Part shown: positions 10,830 through 21,712 of the stretch, in pieces | How positions within the stretch are numbered: position 1 is the stretch's first letter | Layout: the number at the start of each line of letters is the position of its first letter | Assembly: GCA_965198115.1 (NCBI GenBank) | Contig: OZ240241.1 | Location: 4,640,001 to 4,704,000 of the forward strand | Length of the DNA: 64,000 bases | DNA from: Candidatus Latescibacterota bacterium | Lineage (GTDB): Bacteria > Latescibacterota > UBA2968 | Direction of reading: 5' to 3' | Program-made: the position numbers and the translations under genes | The notes under the pieces: model-generated | Databases searched by the model: none | What the model was told of the DNA's origin: nothing | Seen by the model: only the letters and a program-made list of their open reading frames with translations

Positions 10830-11654
10830 GTGCGTTCAAATTCCCAATCACTGGAGATCAAGAGTCTCCGCCAGGAATACGACGAAGAGGGCTACGTCAT
10901 CGCCCGTGGCGCAATCGATGTGGGATTGGCGGCAGAAATGATGGACCACGTTCACTGGCTGGGGAAGAAGCACCCTGATATCCGGCCGGAAAGCCTGCAT
11001 CACAACCTGCTGGCGCACGATCCTTTCGTGTGGCGTCTGACCGGTGACGATCGACTCCTCGACATCGCAGAGCAGTTCATCGGTCCGAACATCGCCCTCT
11101 TCGCAGCCCACTACATCGCCAAACCACCCTACGATGGAAAGGCCGTCCAATGGCACCAGGACGGGTCCTACTGGCCCCTCGAGCCCATGGAAGTCACGAC
11201 TCTTTGGGTCGCAGGCACACCTTCAACCGTCGAGAACGGCTGCATGCGAGTCCTCCCGGGCACACAGAACAAGAAACTCCTCAAACGCCGCGAGATGATC
11301 GAGCTGGATAAGAATAAATTCGTGCTCGGCGTCGGCATCCGCCCTCAGGACATCGATGATTCCGACGCCTTCGACCTCGAACTCGACGCGGGTGACATCT
11401 CCATCCACAACCCCCGGATCATCCACGGCTCGAACGCGAACACCTCCGATACGTGGCGTGTCGGGTTGACCCTTCGATACATCCCAACCACCACGTGGGA
11501 CAAAGATCCGGACCGTCAGAACCTGCTCCTCCGCGGCGAGGCCGTTCCGGAAGTGGACAACACCTATACCGAGCGACCTGAATTCATCCCCGGTAAACAC
11601 ATGCCTTTCGCAGGTTGTGAACACTGGAACGTCCCTGCCCCACCCCAGACTTGA
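10830..11654 (+). CDS. Phytanoyl-CoA dioxygenase (PhyH) family Fe/2OG oxygenase
   Basis: WHQDGSYW, ENGCMRVLPG, IIHGSNAN..R. Confidence 0.92.
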   Translation: MRSNSQSLEIKSLRQEYDEEGYVIARGAIDVGLAAEMMDHVHWLGKKHPDIRPESLHHNLLAHDPFVWRLTGDDRLLDIAEQFIGPNIALFAAHYIAKPPYDGKAVQWHQDGSYWPLEPMEVTTLWVAGTPSTVENGCMRVLPGTQNKKLLKRREMIELDKNKFVLGVGIRPQDIDDSDAFDLELDAGDISIHNPRIIHGSNANTSDTWRVGLTLRYIPTTTWDKDPDRQNLLLRGEAVPEVDNTYTERPEFIPGKHMPFAGCEHWNVPAPPQT

Positions 11655-11778
11655 TCCGTGGCTCCCCAGCCAATCCCCGAATAGGGCCCCGATCCTGCCT
11701 TACGCACCTCTCCGTGTCCTCAGTGGCCGTCTTTGACTCTCGTGCACTCCCTCTCGTGTCATCAGAAGGAGCATAGAA

Positions 11779-12057
11779 ATGTACCGCAACATCCGAACCC
11801 TCTTTAACTTCGAGCCCGTCGCGACCGAGGAAGAAATAGAAGCCGCCGCACTGCAGTACGTTCGCAAGGTCAGCGGATTCACAAAGCCATCGCAGGCGAA
11901 CGATTCCGCTTTCAACGATGCGATCGAAGCCATCGCCGCGGTCACGCGTGACCTGGTGGGCAGTCTCACCACCTCAACTCCGCCGAAGGATCGCGAAGAA
12001 GAGGCCGCCAAGGCAAAGGCACGCACCGCCAAGCGCTACGCAAAATTGGCTTCGTGA
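11779..12057 (+). CDS. DUF2277 family protein
   Basis: RNIRTLFNFEP.AT.EEI.AAALQYVRKVSG signature. Confidence 0.85.
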   Translation: MYRNIRTLFNFEPVATEEEIEAAALQYVRKVSGFTKPSQANDSAFNDAIEAIAAVTRDLVGSLTTSTPPKDREEEAAKAKARTAKRYAKLAS

Positions 12058-12060
12058 TAA

Positions 12061-12767
12061 TTGCCTGAAGACTTTCTCGAGGTCCACCTCGACACATCGT
12101 GGGTATGCGATGCGTCCGGCAACCTTCTCTCTCCTCTAACGAGCCAGCGAAGCGTCACAGGAGGCCTGCACCCCCGTATGTTCTGACCTGGTCTGACGAT
12201 CGCTGGATCCACCGCTTCAGACCTGATGTGCCTACCTCGATTCGAGAGAGCGTGTCCGAACTGGTAAAGAAACACTGGCCGTTCGCAGATCCGACCTCTC
12301 CCATCCCCTTTTCGCTCACGCGGAGCCATCTGAGCCCCGTTCAGGCGAATCTTTCAAAGATCGTTTCGGGCCCGGCCTATCACATACCGGAGTCAGCGGG
12401 ATCGCCCTCGAATGTCGTGATTCTCTCGCACGACAATGTCCAGAAGCTCTGTGCGGATACCTACCCGACCGTACACGAGGACGTGGATGACGAATACCCC
12501 TGCGTGGCCAAAGTGGTCGACGGCAAGGCCGTCAGCATGTGCACGACTGTCCGCCGATCTCCGCGCGCAGCGGAAGCGGGTGTCGAAACCCTCGACGCTT
12601 ACCGGGGTAACGGCTTCGCCCGGGATGTCACGAACGCGTGGGCGAAAACCATCCTGGCCGAAGGAAGAACTGCCCTCTACAGCACCTTTTGGGATAATCA
12701 GGCATCACAACGCGTGGCGGAGAAGCTTGGCGCCGTCCAGTACGCTTCCGACTTTCGCCTATCCTGA
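12061..12767 (+). CDS. GNAT family acetyltransferase, apparent frameshift in a CT repeat near 12130
   Basis: AEAGVETLDAYRGNGFA, YSTFWDNQASQRVAEKLG; plausible N-terminus LEVHLDTSWVCDASGNLL is in another frame. Confidence 0.8.
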
Positions 12768-12921
12768 CCCAAATACAAGGCATCCCTCCCACTTGGTGCG
12801 CGTCGCCTCAACTTCCATTATCTTGTGCCTCACGTGAAATGGATTGAGCGGGATCCACGCAGAATGCCAGCCCGGGCGGCTGCGCGTGGCAGCGCTCGGA
12901 TCAATACTGATGGAGGGAATT

Positions 12922-13983
12922 ATGGCAGACGAAATTGGATTTGGAGTGCTCGGGTTGGGAATGGGAAAGGGTCACTGCCGTTCGGTGACCGAAGCGGCCG
13001 GCGCAAAACTCGTGGCGGCCTGTGAGACCGACGCCGAGCGGCTCGATCCCATCGTCGAAGAATACGGCTGCAAGGGCTACACCAGCTACGACGAAATGCT
13101 CCAGGACGACGAGATACAGGCCGTCAACGTCACAGTTGAGTCGGGCAAGCACGCCGAGATGGCCATCAAAGCCGCCGAAGCCGGCAAGCACATCATCCTC
13201 GAGAAGCCCGCCGACATCACGACCGACAAAGTCGACAAACTGATCGCCACGGTCAGAGATTGCAAAGTCAAAGTCGGATGCATCTTCCAGGCCAGAACCG
13301 ACGACCTCAACATCGCCATCAAGGAAGTCATCGACACCAAACGGATCGGGAAACTGATCGGTGTCCACGGACATCTCCCGTGGTTTCGGGCCCAGAGCTA
13401 CTACGAAGGCCCACACGGATCGTGGAAGGGCACGTGGGACCTAGATGGCGGCGGCTCGCTCATGAATCAGGGCGTCCACACCGTCGACCTCATTCAATGG
13501 CTCGGCGGCGGCGTAGCCTCCGTGATGGGGATGTATGGCGTGTTCGGCCACGACATCGAAGCCGAAGACCAAACGGTCGCGCTTCTGAAATTCAAGAACG
13601 GCGCGCTCGGCACCATCTACACAACGACCTGCTGCTATCCCGGATACGATCAGCTCATCACCATCTATGGCTCCGAAGGCTCTCTCATGAAAGATGCCTC
13701 CAAGCTCATCGGCTGGCGCATGCGGGGCGAGAACGAAGATGCCGAGGAGCAGGAAATGATGGCAAAGTTCGGCCCCCAGGATGAAAAGGCGGTGAGCGTC
13801 TCGGCTGACCCGACCGCCGTCAAACCCAAGGGCCATACCCTCATCATCCAGGACCTCGTCGAAGCGATTCGCGACGACCGCGATCCATTGATTCAGCTCG
13901 AATCGGCACGCGCACCAGTCGCCGTCATCAACGCCATCTTCGAATCCAGTCGCACGGGACGCGAGGTTAAAGTCGAAGGGTAA
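12922..13983 (+). CDS. Gfo/Idh/MocA family oxidoreductase
   Basis: GVLGLGMG, GKHIILEKP, DGGGSLMNQGVH; paralog of 2395..3429. Confidence 0.93.
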   Translation: MADEIGFGVLGLGMGKGHCRSVTEAAGAKLVAACETDAERLDPIVEEYGCKGYTSYDEMLQDDEIQAVNVTVESGKHAEMAIKAAEAGKHIILEKPADITTDKVDKLIATVRDCKVKVGCIFQARTDDLNIAIKEVIDTKRIGKLIGVHGHLPWFRAQSYYEGPHGSWKGTWDLDGGGSLMNQGVHTVDLIQWLGGGVASVMGMYGVFGHDIEAEDQTVALLKFKNGALGTIYTTTCCYPGYDQLITIYGSEGSLMKDASKLIGWRMRGENEDAEEQEMMAKFGPQDEKAVSVSADPTAVKPKGHTLIIQDLVEAIRDDRDPLIQLESARAPVAVINAIFESSRTGREVKVEG

Positions 13984-14010
13984 CGGCACGCGCGAACTTT
14001 GCAAGCATCG

Positions 14011-14044
14011 AGGGCCTCGATCGATCGATCGGGGCCCTTGTTCT
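14011..14044 (+). terminator. Probable intrinsic terminator
   Basis: AGGGCCTCGATC...GATCGGGGCCCT followed by TGTTCT. Confidence 0.55.
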
Positions 14045-14106
14045 ACCCTACGCGAGTGACCGCCTTTCCTGACAACTGACCGCTGACGATTGGTAACTTT
14101 TTCGAC

Positions 14107-15078
14107 ATGCCGACCTACACCTGGGAACGCATCACCGACCATGCCGGATTCGCCCCTCGGGACGGCGCGGGCGCCCTCGTCTTCGCCGGAAAGATGTGGC
14201 TCATAGGGGGATGGAATCCAGACGACAAGGATCACTTCCCCCGCATCTGCACGAACGACATCTGGTGTTCGGAGGACGAGAGCGATTGGACGTGCGTCAA
14301 ACCGAACACCTTTGGGACCGACGCGTTCGATCGTGAGACAGATTGGGAGGGACGTCACACCGCGGGCTATGTGGTCCACGACAACCGAATGTGGATCGTC
14401 GGAGGGGATGCGAATCAGGGGCATTATCAAAACGACGTCTGGTCGTCCAGAGACGGCATCACCTGGACCCGTGAACTCGATCCCGTCCCTTGGGGACCTC
14501 GTGGGCTCCACTACACAGTCGCACACGAGGGCCAGATCTGGGTCCTCGGCGGCCAGACAGTACCTCAGTTCGCCCCTGCGATCGAGGCGTTCTACGCCGA
14601 CATCTGGCAGTCACCCGACGGGATCAACTGGCAGGAAATCGAACGGAACGAACCCGCGTGGACACCGAGGGGTATGATCGGCGGATCCGCCGTCAAAGAC
14701 GGCTGAATCTGGCTCGGAGGCGGCACCTACGACACGCCCCGGCGACCCGATCGCCGATTCTACAGCGAAGTCTGGAGTTCGGCCAACGGTGTCGATTGGC
14801 GACGTCACGTGGAAGAGGCCCCGTGGCACCCACGTCAGTATCACGAAGTCGCCGTCTACGATGACCGGCTGTGGGTCCTGGAAGGGTATCACAAAGAGAG
14901 TGGCAACCGAAACGACGTCTGGCACTCTGGGAACGGCGTCGACTGGCAAGAGGTTTCGGACACGCCCTGGGCGCCACGACACGCGGCGAGCGTCTTCGTG
15001 TTCGACGACGTCCTCTGGATGGTCACCGGCAACAACATGGAAAGCGATGTCTGGCGCCTGACCCGATCCGGTGGATAA
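14107..15078 (+). pseudogene. Kelch-like beta-propeller protein with in-frame TGA at 14704-14706
   Basis: Repeats K/R-M-W-x-x-GG...ND-V/I-W-x-S-x-DG-x-x-W continue in the same frame past the TGA. Confidence 0.8.
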
Positions 15079-15230
15079 TGCCGCTCACCTTCTGACCATC
15101 TTCCCAACCCGGCAACGCTTTCCTCTTCGCCCCCCCAGAACTATCTTTGGACCTCAAGTCTTGGTGACACCAAAGTATCCCCCTCACTGCCCCCAGTGGC
15201 GCAGTTGGTTTTTCAAGAGAAAGCTCAAGC

Positions 15231-16082
15231 ATGGACCAACGCTGTCTCGACCACCAGTTGACCGAAGAGGAAGCCGCCCAATTCAAGCAGAACGGGCACT
15301 TCATGATCGAAAACGTGCTCGAGTCCGACCACGTCGCCCGACTCGTCGAGATCGTCGACCGCGTCGATAAAGAGGAACGCGCTCGCTTGGGGCACGATGC
15401 ACTCGAGCGCATCAACCACTACGACTTTATTGGGAAGGATGACGCGTTCCTCGAGCTGCTCGACTGGTATAAGACCTTCCCCAAGATCTGGGGCATCTTG
15501 GGGTGGCATGTCCAGCTCTACCACACGCACATGACCTACACGCCGCCCGAGCCCGAGGGGTCGTCCCTCGAAAAAGACGGTCTGGGTCTCGGCTGGCATC
15601 AGGATAGCGGACAGATCAACCAGGACTTCGAGAACGATCCACGACCGATGGTATCTCTGAAGATCGGTTTCTTCCTCACCGACACATCCATCCCGGGTCG
15701 TGGAAACTTTTTTGTTGCCCCTGGGAGTCAACTGCGCAACGAATTCCCCGGGGAGGATCGCAAGCAGCCTGTCGATGGCGCAACACCGGTACTCGCCCCG
15801 GCGGGTTCGGCCGTCTTCTTCGATCGACGGATCTGGCATTCGGCCAGCTCAAACTACTGGACTCAGCCACGTCGTGTTCTCTTTTTCGGCTACTCGTATC
15901 GATGGCTCCGCCCACGCGACGACATGACGGTCGACCATTACCTCGACCGCTGCGATCCCATCCAACAGCAACTCCTTGGTGTCACGCATTCCGGCGGTCG
16001 AGGTTACACATCGCCCCAGCCGGACGATGTTCCACTCAGAGCCTGGCTCGAGGAGCATGTAGGCGAAGAAGCTACGGCATAA
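15231..16082 (+). CDS. PhyH family Fe/2OG oxygenase
   Basis: WHQDSG, FFDRRIWHS. Confidence 0.92.
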   Translation: MDQRCLDHQLTEEEAAQFKQNGHFMIENVLESDHVARLVEIVDRVDKEERARLGHDALERINHYDFIGKDDAFLELLDWYKTFPKIWGILGWHVQLYHTHMTYTPPEPEGSSLEKDGLGLGWHQDSGQINQDFENDPRPMVSLKIGFFLTDTSIPGRGNFFVAPGSQLRNEFPGEDRKQPVDGATPVLAPAGSAVFFDRRIWHSASSNYWTQPRRVLFFGYSYRWLRPRDDMTVDHYLDRCDPIQQQLLGVTHSGGRGYTSPQPDDVPLRAWLEEHVGEEATA

Positions 16083-16166
16083 AGCTGCAGAGGAGCAGGG
16101 GGCAGGGAGCCGGGGAGCGTGTCGTGTCGTTTCGTCCCGCTCCTGCTTAAAAGAGGGATGCAAGCA

Positions 16167-17021
16167 ATGGATGAACGTTGTCTGGACCACTTGCTGACGG
16201 AAGAAGAAGAAATTCGCTTCAAGCGGGACGGATACTTCACGATCGAGGACGTGCTGCCTGGCGAACTGATCGACGAGCTGATTCCCGTGGTCGACCGTGT
16301 CGACGGCGAGTACCGCAAGGAAACCGATGCGGGCCCGAACGATCGCACGAACCTGCTCGACTTTATCGGACGCGACGAAGCTTACGTTCAGTTAATCGAC
16401 TGGTACAAGACCTTTCCGAAAGTATGGGGTCTGATGGGCTGGCACATCCAGCTCTACCACACGCATCAGATCGTCACGCCGAGAGAACCCGAAGGGAAAA
16501 CGTTCGAGAAAGATGGACCGGGCGTCGGGTTTCACCAGGACAGTGGCCGCCTCAACACCGATATGGAAACCGAACCTCGCCCCATGGTTTCCCTCAAGTG
16601 CGCCTTCGTCCTCAGCGACACCTCTGAACCCGGGCGAGGAAACTTCACGTGCATCCCTGGAAGCCAGTTGTGGAACAGCTTTCCCGGAGACGACCGAAAA
16701 GCGATTCCCGACGGTGGAGCCCAGATCTGCGCGCCTAGAGGATCGGCCATCTTCTTCGACCGTCGCATCTGGCACTCAGGCAGCGCGAACTACTACGACG
16801 ATCCTCGCCGCGTCCTCTTCTACGGCTACTCCTACCGCTGGCTAAGACCCCGCGATGACATGACGGTAGACCACTACCTCGACCGATGCGATCCCATCCA
16901 GCAGCAGCTTCTCGGGGTGAGTCACACGGGTGGGCACGGCTACACATCGCCCAAACCCGAAGACGTCCCCCTCAAAGCCTGGATCGAAGAACATCTCGGC
17001 GAGGAAGCGGTTGTAGCATAG
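16167..17021 (+). CDS. PhyH family Fe/2OG oxygenase, tandem paralog
   Basis: FHQDSG, FFDRRIWHS; shares YSYRWLRPRDDMTVDHYLDRCDPIQQQLLGV with the preceding gene. Confidence 0.92.
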   Translation: MDERCLDHLLTEEEEIRFKRDGYFTIEDVLPGELIDELIPVVDRVDGEYRKETDAGPNDRTNLLDFIGRDEAYVQLIDWYKTFPKVWGLMGWHIQLYHTHQIVTPREPEGKTFEKDGPGVGFHQDSGRLNTDMETEPRPMVSLKCAFVLSDTSEPGRGNFTCIPGSQLWNSFPGDDRKAIPDGGAQICAPRGSAIFFDRRIWHSGSANYYDDPRRVLFYGYSYRWLRPRDDMTVDHYLDRCDPIQQQLLGVSHTGGHGYTSPKPEDVPLKAWIEEHLGEEAVVA

Positions 17022-17055
17022 ATCCTACTCTTTATGGCACGGAGATAGTTGACGC

Positions 17056-17876
17056 GTGATCAAGCTGTGTTACATCACGGGCGAGATGTCCGATGACCTC
17101 GACGAGGCACTCAGGCTGGGTGTCGAAGCCGGAGTAGACACTGTTCAGCTACGAAAGGGGTTATTCGGGAAAAACATCGATCAGCTCGAAGACGACGACA
17201 TCCCGCGGGTAAAGGATGTGATGGCCAAGTATGGTGTTCGTGTCGGGATGCTCCTGCCGCCCTTCGCGAAATGCGACATCGAAGACACGGAGACGGTCTC
17301 TCTGCAACACGACATCTTCGTTCGCACGGTGGAAATCGCACACGCCCTCGATACGGACCTGGTCCGAGCGTTTCCGTTTCAGTCCGAAACGGGCGAACGT
17401 TGGAAACCGCCTCCTCTCGAACACTACCTGGATCGCATCGTAGAAAACCTGATACCCTCCGTCAGACACGCCGAAGCCGAAGGCATCACGATGTGTATGG
17501 AAGTCAACGGAGGAACGATCGGTGTCACCGAAGAACACACACGGCAAGTCATCGACGCGTTGGGGTCGAGAGCGGTCAATGCCATCTGGGAGATCGACTC
17601 CGGCTCACACCTGGGGTTGCCACCGACTCGAGGATACCAGCACTTGAAAGGCCTGATCCGCGACGTCCACGTCAAGGTGAATACAAAGGGTGAACTCGAT
17701 CCCATCTGGGACACCGGGGAGACACACGCGGACGTGGTTCGGTGCCTCGCTGAGGTGACTACGACGGAATGATGACCATCGAGCATTGGTTCAACCAAGA
17801 AGGCACCCTCAAAGGTCTCCGTCAGCTGGGTGACGTCTTGTCTCAAGCCCAGGTATTGGCTGCCTCAGATTCCTAA
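17056..17876 (+). CDS. Sugar phosphate isomerase/epimerase (xylose isomerase-like TIM barrel), frameshift near 17755
   Basis: ITGEMSDDL, DVHVK; the shifted frame gives YDGMMTIEHW to TAA 17876. Confidence 0.85.
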
Positions 17877-17907
17877 ATGACTCGGTGGTCCACGTAAGGA
17901 GCAAAGT

Positions 17908-18693
17908 GTGATACCCGCATACATTACGAGTGAAATGTCCGATGACTTCGAAGAAGCCCTTCGTCTGGGTGCTGAAGCAGGCATCACGACCGTCCACCTT
18001 CGCAAGGGCTTGTTCGGAAAGGACATCGAGCAGGTGGGGCAGGAAGAGATCGACCGCGTTCAAACAACGCTCGCCAAGTTCGGAATGAACATTGGCGTGC
18101 TGATGCCCCCTTTCGGAAAGTGCGACATCACCAACGCGGAGATCGTCAAAGAGCACCACGAGATATTCGCTCGGATGGTTGACATCGCTCAAGCCTTCAA
18201 CACGCGGCTCATCCGCTGCTTCCCTTTCACCGGTGTCGAGCCAGAGGAATTCGATAGCCAACTCAACCGAATCGCGGACAACCTACGCCCGGCAGTGGAA
18301 CGCGCCGAGGATGCAGGGGTCCTGATGCGCTTCGAAGTCGTCGATAACACAAGCGGTCGAACCGCCGCGCACACGCGCCGTGTCGTGGATGCGCTCGACT
18401 CGAACGCGGTCGCCGCGATATGGGAATTGATGACCGGCTCCAATGCGGGCGAAACACCGTCGCAGGGCTATCCTCATCTGCGGGGTTTGATTCGAGACAT
18501 TCATATCAAGCCGAACGCCAGCGGCACGATGGACCCACTCGTCAACACGAGCGAGTCCCTTTCCGACGTCATTTCCTCACTTTCCGATGACGGTTACGCC
18601 GGCATGCTCACCATCGAGCATTGGCACGGCACGGAGGGCACCCTCGATGGGCTCCAAATCCTGAGTGAAGCCTTGGAGCAAGTCCAGGTCTGA
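17908..18693 (+). CDS. Sugar phosphate isomerase/epimerase, tandem paralog
   Basis: ITSEMSDDF, DIHIK, GYAGMLTIEHW. Confidence 0.88.
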   Translation: MIPAYITSEMSDDFEEALRLGAEAGITTVHLRKGLFGKDIEQVGQEEIDRVQTTLAKFGMNIGVLMPPFGKCDITNAEIVKEHHEIFARMVDIAQAFNTRLIRCFPFTGVEPEEFDSQLNRIADNLRPAVERAEDAGVLMRFEVVDNTSGRTAAHTRRVVDALDSNAVAAIWELMTGSNAGETPSQGYPHLRGLIRDIHIKPNASGTMDPLVNTSESLSDVISSLSDDGYAGMLTIEHWHGTEGTLDGLQILSEALEQVQV

Positions 18694-18696
18694 ACC

Positions 18697-19194
18697 ATGC
18701 CCACGGTCGAACTCCTGGAAGCCTACGCCGACGCCTTCAACCGTCACGACATCGACGCGATCATGAACGCGATGACAACAAACACGGTCTTCATCCCATC
18801 CAGCGACACGCGGATCGGAAGTCACGACGCCGTGCGTGACACCTTCTCGGACATCTTCGCTTCCTACCCGGACGCCAAATGGTCTGATGCCGTTCATTCT
18901 GTCAGCGGAAACCGGGGAATCTCCGAGTGGATGATGACGGGCACCGATGTGGACGACGGTTCCACCATCGAGGTGCGCGGGTGCGACATCTTCACCTTTG
19001 AGGGTGACCTGATCGCCGTCAAAGACTCCTACCTCAAGTCCCCCGAACCCTCCACCACCTACCCGGGTTCACACCAAGTTTCTTCCCGACTCAGGCCTCG
19101 TTCCGAGGGGTATCCACGCCCTCAGTGTCCTCAGTGGCTGATCTGCCTTTATGATACTCGCCTGCAACGCGATGATGCGAGATCCCGCCAATAG
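18697..19194 (+). CDS. SnoaL-like/NTF2 family protein (C-terminal tail uncertain)
   Basis: DAFNRHDIDAIM, RGISEW, VRGCDIFTF..D.I..KDSY. Confidence 0.85.
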   Translation: MPTVELLEAYADAFNRHDIDAIMNAMTTNTVFIPSSDTRIGSHDAVRDTFSDIFASYPDAKWSDAVHSVSGNRGISEWMMTGTDVDDGSTIEVRGCDIFTFEGDLIAVKDSYLKSPEPSTTYPGSHQVSSRLRPRSEGYPRPQCPQWLICLYDTRLQRDDARSRQ

Positions 19195-20026
19195 GGAGCG
19201 GTGGCTCCCGGTCGAGACATTGATCGACCAGGTGAACGATCTCGGCTTTGACGCCATCGACTTCCAACTCGAACGAGGGTTTGCATCACACGATACGGCC
19301 TATCTGGAATCGATCAGGAGGAAGTGCGAGGACTTCGATCTTCCGATCGGCTTCTTCGGGGTCGGCGGCGGCTTCGTCGGTACGAAAGTAAATGACGAGG
19401 GACATCCCGTCGGCATCCCACTCGGCACCGAAGAGATGGACCATCGCATAGAGGAGGCGAAATCTGCAATCGAAGCGTGCACGATCGTCGGAGTGCCCTT
19501 GATTCGATTGTTCGCCGGCGGAATTCCGGAAAGGAGCGAGGACCGAGACCAGCTATGGCAGGATCAGATCGACGCCGTAAGGACACTCTGCGACTACGGG
19601 AGCACACGCGGGGTCAAGGTCGGACTCCACAATCACCCACCCGCTATCGCTCCGACCGGCGACGACATTCTCAGGTGGATCGCGGACGTCGATCACGAAT
19701 ACCTGACCCACATCCTCGACACGGGGCAATGGTATGGGTCGCCGGGGACGAACCTTGACGGCAATACGATTCCCGGCGTCGACTTCTACGGTTTCATGGA
19801 GCAAACAGTCGCACACACAACCTATGTCCGCACGAAGATCTACAAGATCGACTCCGGCGTAGAAGAGTGGTTGGACTATCCCCGCATTGCGAAGATCATC
19901 CTCGATGCCGGCTATGATGGTGTCATCTCCATCGTCTTCGAAGATCGCAATAACAGCTGTGACTATCTGGAATGCTGGAAACTTGGCGCCGCCCACCTAC
20001 GCAAGTGCTTCGACCTCACGTCCTGA
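19151..20026 (+). CDS. Sugar phosphate isomerase/epimerase family protein
   Basis: LGFDAID, IRLFAG, GLHNH, ILDTGQW, GYDGVISI. Confidence 0.85.
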   Translation: MILACNAMMRDPANRERWLPVETLIDQVNDLGFDAIDFQLERGFASHDTAYLESIRRKCEDFDLPIGFFGVGGGFVGTKVNDEGHPVGIPLGTEEMDHRIEEAKSAIEACTIVGVPLIRLFAGGIPERSEDRDQLWQDQIDAVRTLCDYGSTRGVKVGLHNHPPAIAPTGDDILRWIADVDHEYLTHILDTGQWYGSPGTNLDGNTIPGVDFYGFMEQTVAHTTYVRTKIYKIDSGVEEWLDYPRIAKIILDAGYDGVISIVFEDRNNSCDYLECWKLGAAHLRKCFDLTS

Positions 20027-20070
20027 TCACTCCCACGCCGATCCGGCTGATCCTGTAACTGGAAATCGCC

Positions 20071-21522
20071 ATGGCACCAGCGGAATCACGCCCGAACATT
20101 CTCCTGTTCATCACTGACGGTCAGCAAGCACGCACGCTTTCGCCCAACAGCGACTGTCTCACACCGACGATCGATGCCCTCATACAACGCGGGGTGCACC
20201 TCACGGGCGTCCACACTCCCCTCCCCACTTGCTCCCCTGCTCGCGCGAGTCTGATGACGGGGCTCCTGCCGCACAACCACGGTGTCCTCGAGGTCGAGCA
20301 CGGCGTCGACGACGATCAGTGCGTCCTCCGCGATCAGCATCCGCATTGGGCGCAGCGGCTGTCGGAATCGGGCTACGCCACAGCCTATTTCGGCAAGTGG
20401 CACGTCGAGCGTACGAATGAGCTCGATCGGTTCGGCTGGGACACGTTCGAAGCAAAGGGCCGGGCGACCCACGCGAACGCGTCGCAGAAGGGCCTGAATG
20501 TCGATGATACCCTGGACCCATCAACCGTCTATCTGTACCAGGGTCTGGACGGCTACAACGACACGCTTAAATACGCGGTAACCGACGCGCCGCCGGAGGA
20601 GCGCCAGATCGGTCATCCAGCGAACCTGGCTTGTGAATGGCTGAAGGATGCCCCCACTGACCAGCCCTGGTGCTGCGTGGCCAGCCATTACGAACCGAAC
20701 GAAGCCCTCATCGTCGGCCGCGAAGCTTACGAGCAGTATGACGTTGGGTCGATCGCGCTACCCGAGAACCTGCACGACGAGATGGGCGACAAACCTGCCA
20801 TCTATCGTCGTGACCAGCAAATCTGGAAAGACTTCACCGAAGAGCAATGGCGGGAGACCCTGGCGTGCTACTACGGGCGCATCACGGAGCTGGATGCACA
20901 GATCGCTCGCATCCTCGATGTGCTCGATGCAACGGACCAACTCGACAACACGATCGTTATCTTCACGTCGGACCACGGACGCTACGTCGGTGGCCACGGG
21001 CTCGAAGCCCATAACTTCGGCGCCTTCGAAGAGATCTACGCCATCCCGATGGTCGTTGCCGGTCCCGGGCTCGCCGCAGGCGTTGCAACCGATGCACGAG
21101 TTGGATTCCACGACCTCTGCCCTACGGTCCTCGAACTCGTGGGTCTAGAGCCGTTTGATGCGCCCGACTCCAAGTCCTTCGCCGATCTGCTGCGGGATCC
21201 GACTCAGGCTGCACAGAACCACCGCGAAGGATACGCCGAATACCACGGCACCCGATTCCGCCTAACCCAGCGGATTCTCTGGCAGGATGAATGGAAGTTC
21301 GTCTTCAACGGCTTCGATTTCGATGAACTCTATAACCTGCACGACGATCCATGGGAGATGACCAATCTCGCCTCGCTCCCTGAACAGGCAGGCCGGGTGA
21401 GTCGGATGATGACGGGAATCTGGCGCCGCATGCACGAAACCGGGGATACGACGATCCTGAACACGCACTATCACTCGATGCGATTTGCCGCTGTCGGTCC
21501 GAACCTCGGATCTGTTGACTAG
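20071..21522 (+). CDS. Sulfatase-like hydrolase
   Basis: PNILLFITD, CSPARASLMTG, GKWH, FTSDHG, ELYNLHDDPWEMTNL. Confidence 0.92.
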   Translation: MAPAESRPNILLFITDGQQARTLSPNSDCLTPTIDALIQRGVHLTGVHTPLPTCSPARASLMTGLLPHNHGVLEVEHGVDDDQCVLRDQHPHWAQRLSESGYATAYFGKWHVERTNELDRFGWDTFEAKGRATHANASQKGLNVDDTLDPSTVYLYQGLDGYNDTLKYAVTDAPPEERQIGHPANLACEWLKDAPTDQPWCCVASHYEPNEALIVGREAYEQYDVGSIALPENLHDEMGDKPAIYRRDQQIWKDFTEEQWRETLACYYGRITELDAQIARILDVLDATDQLDNTIVIFTSDHGRYVGGHGLEAHNFGAFEEIYAIPMVVAGPGLAAGVATDARVGFHDLCPTVLELVGLEPFDAPDSKSFADLLRDPTQAAQNHREGYAEYHGTRFRLTQRILWQDEWKFVFNGFDFDELYNLHDDPWEMTNLASLPEQAGRVSRMMTGIWRRMHETGDTTILNTHYHSMRFAAVGPNLGSVD

Positions 21523-21712
21523 TGGGCTGTTACGAAAGTAGTACTGGACTTTTGCTGCCAGACTGAGCGGCGTCAGTTCGAGCGTAGTCGAGAACACGCC
21601 CGTTACGAATCGCGAATAGGGACCTCTCGACGGAGTTCATCCTGAGCCTGACGAAGGGCTCGAAGTGACCCTGCTCTTCTGATTTTAAAGGGCGATTAAC
21701 GTAACAGCCCAC
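21522..21712. mobile_element. 191-bp MITE with IS630-type TA target duplication
   Basis: TA-GTGGGCTGTTACG ... CGTAACAGCCCAC-TA perfect terminal IRs; no plausible coding content; carries REP-like halves inside. Confidence 0.8.

Noticed and set aside
14704-14760. Selenocysteine or recoded TGA
   Set aside because: The position corresponds to Arg/Lys in sister repeats, not Cys; TGA is a normal stop elsewhere in the window
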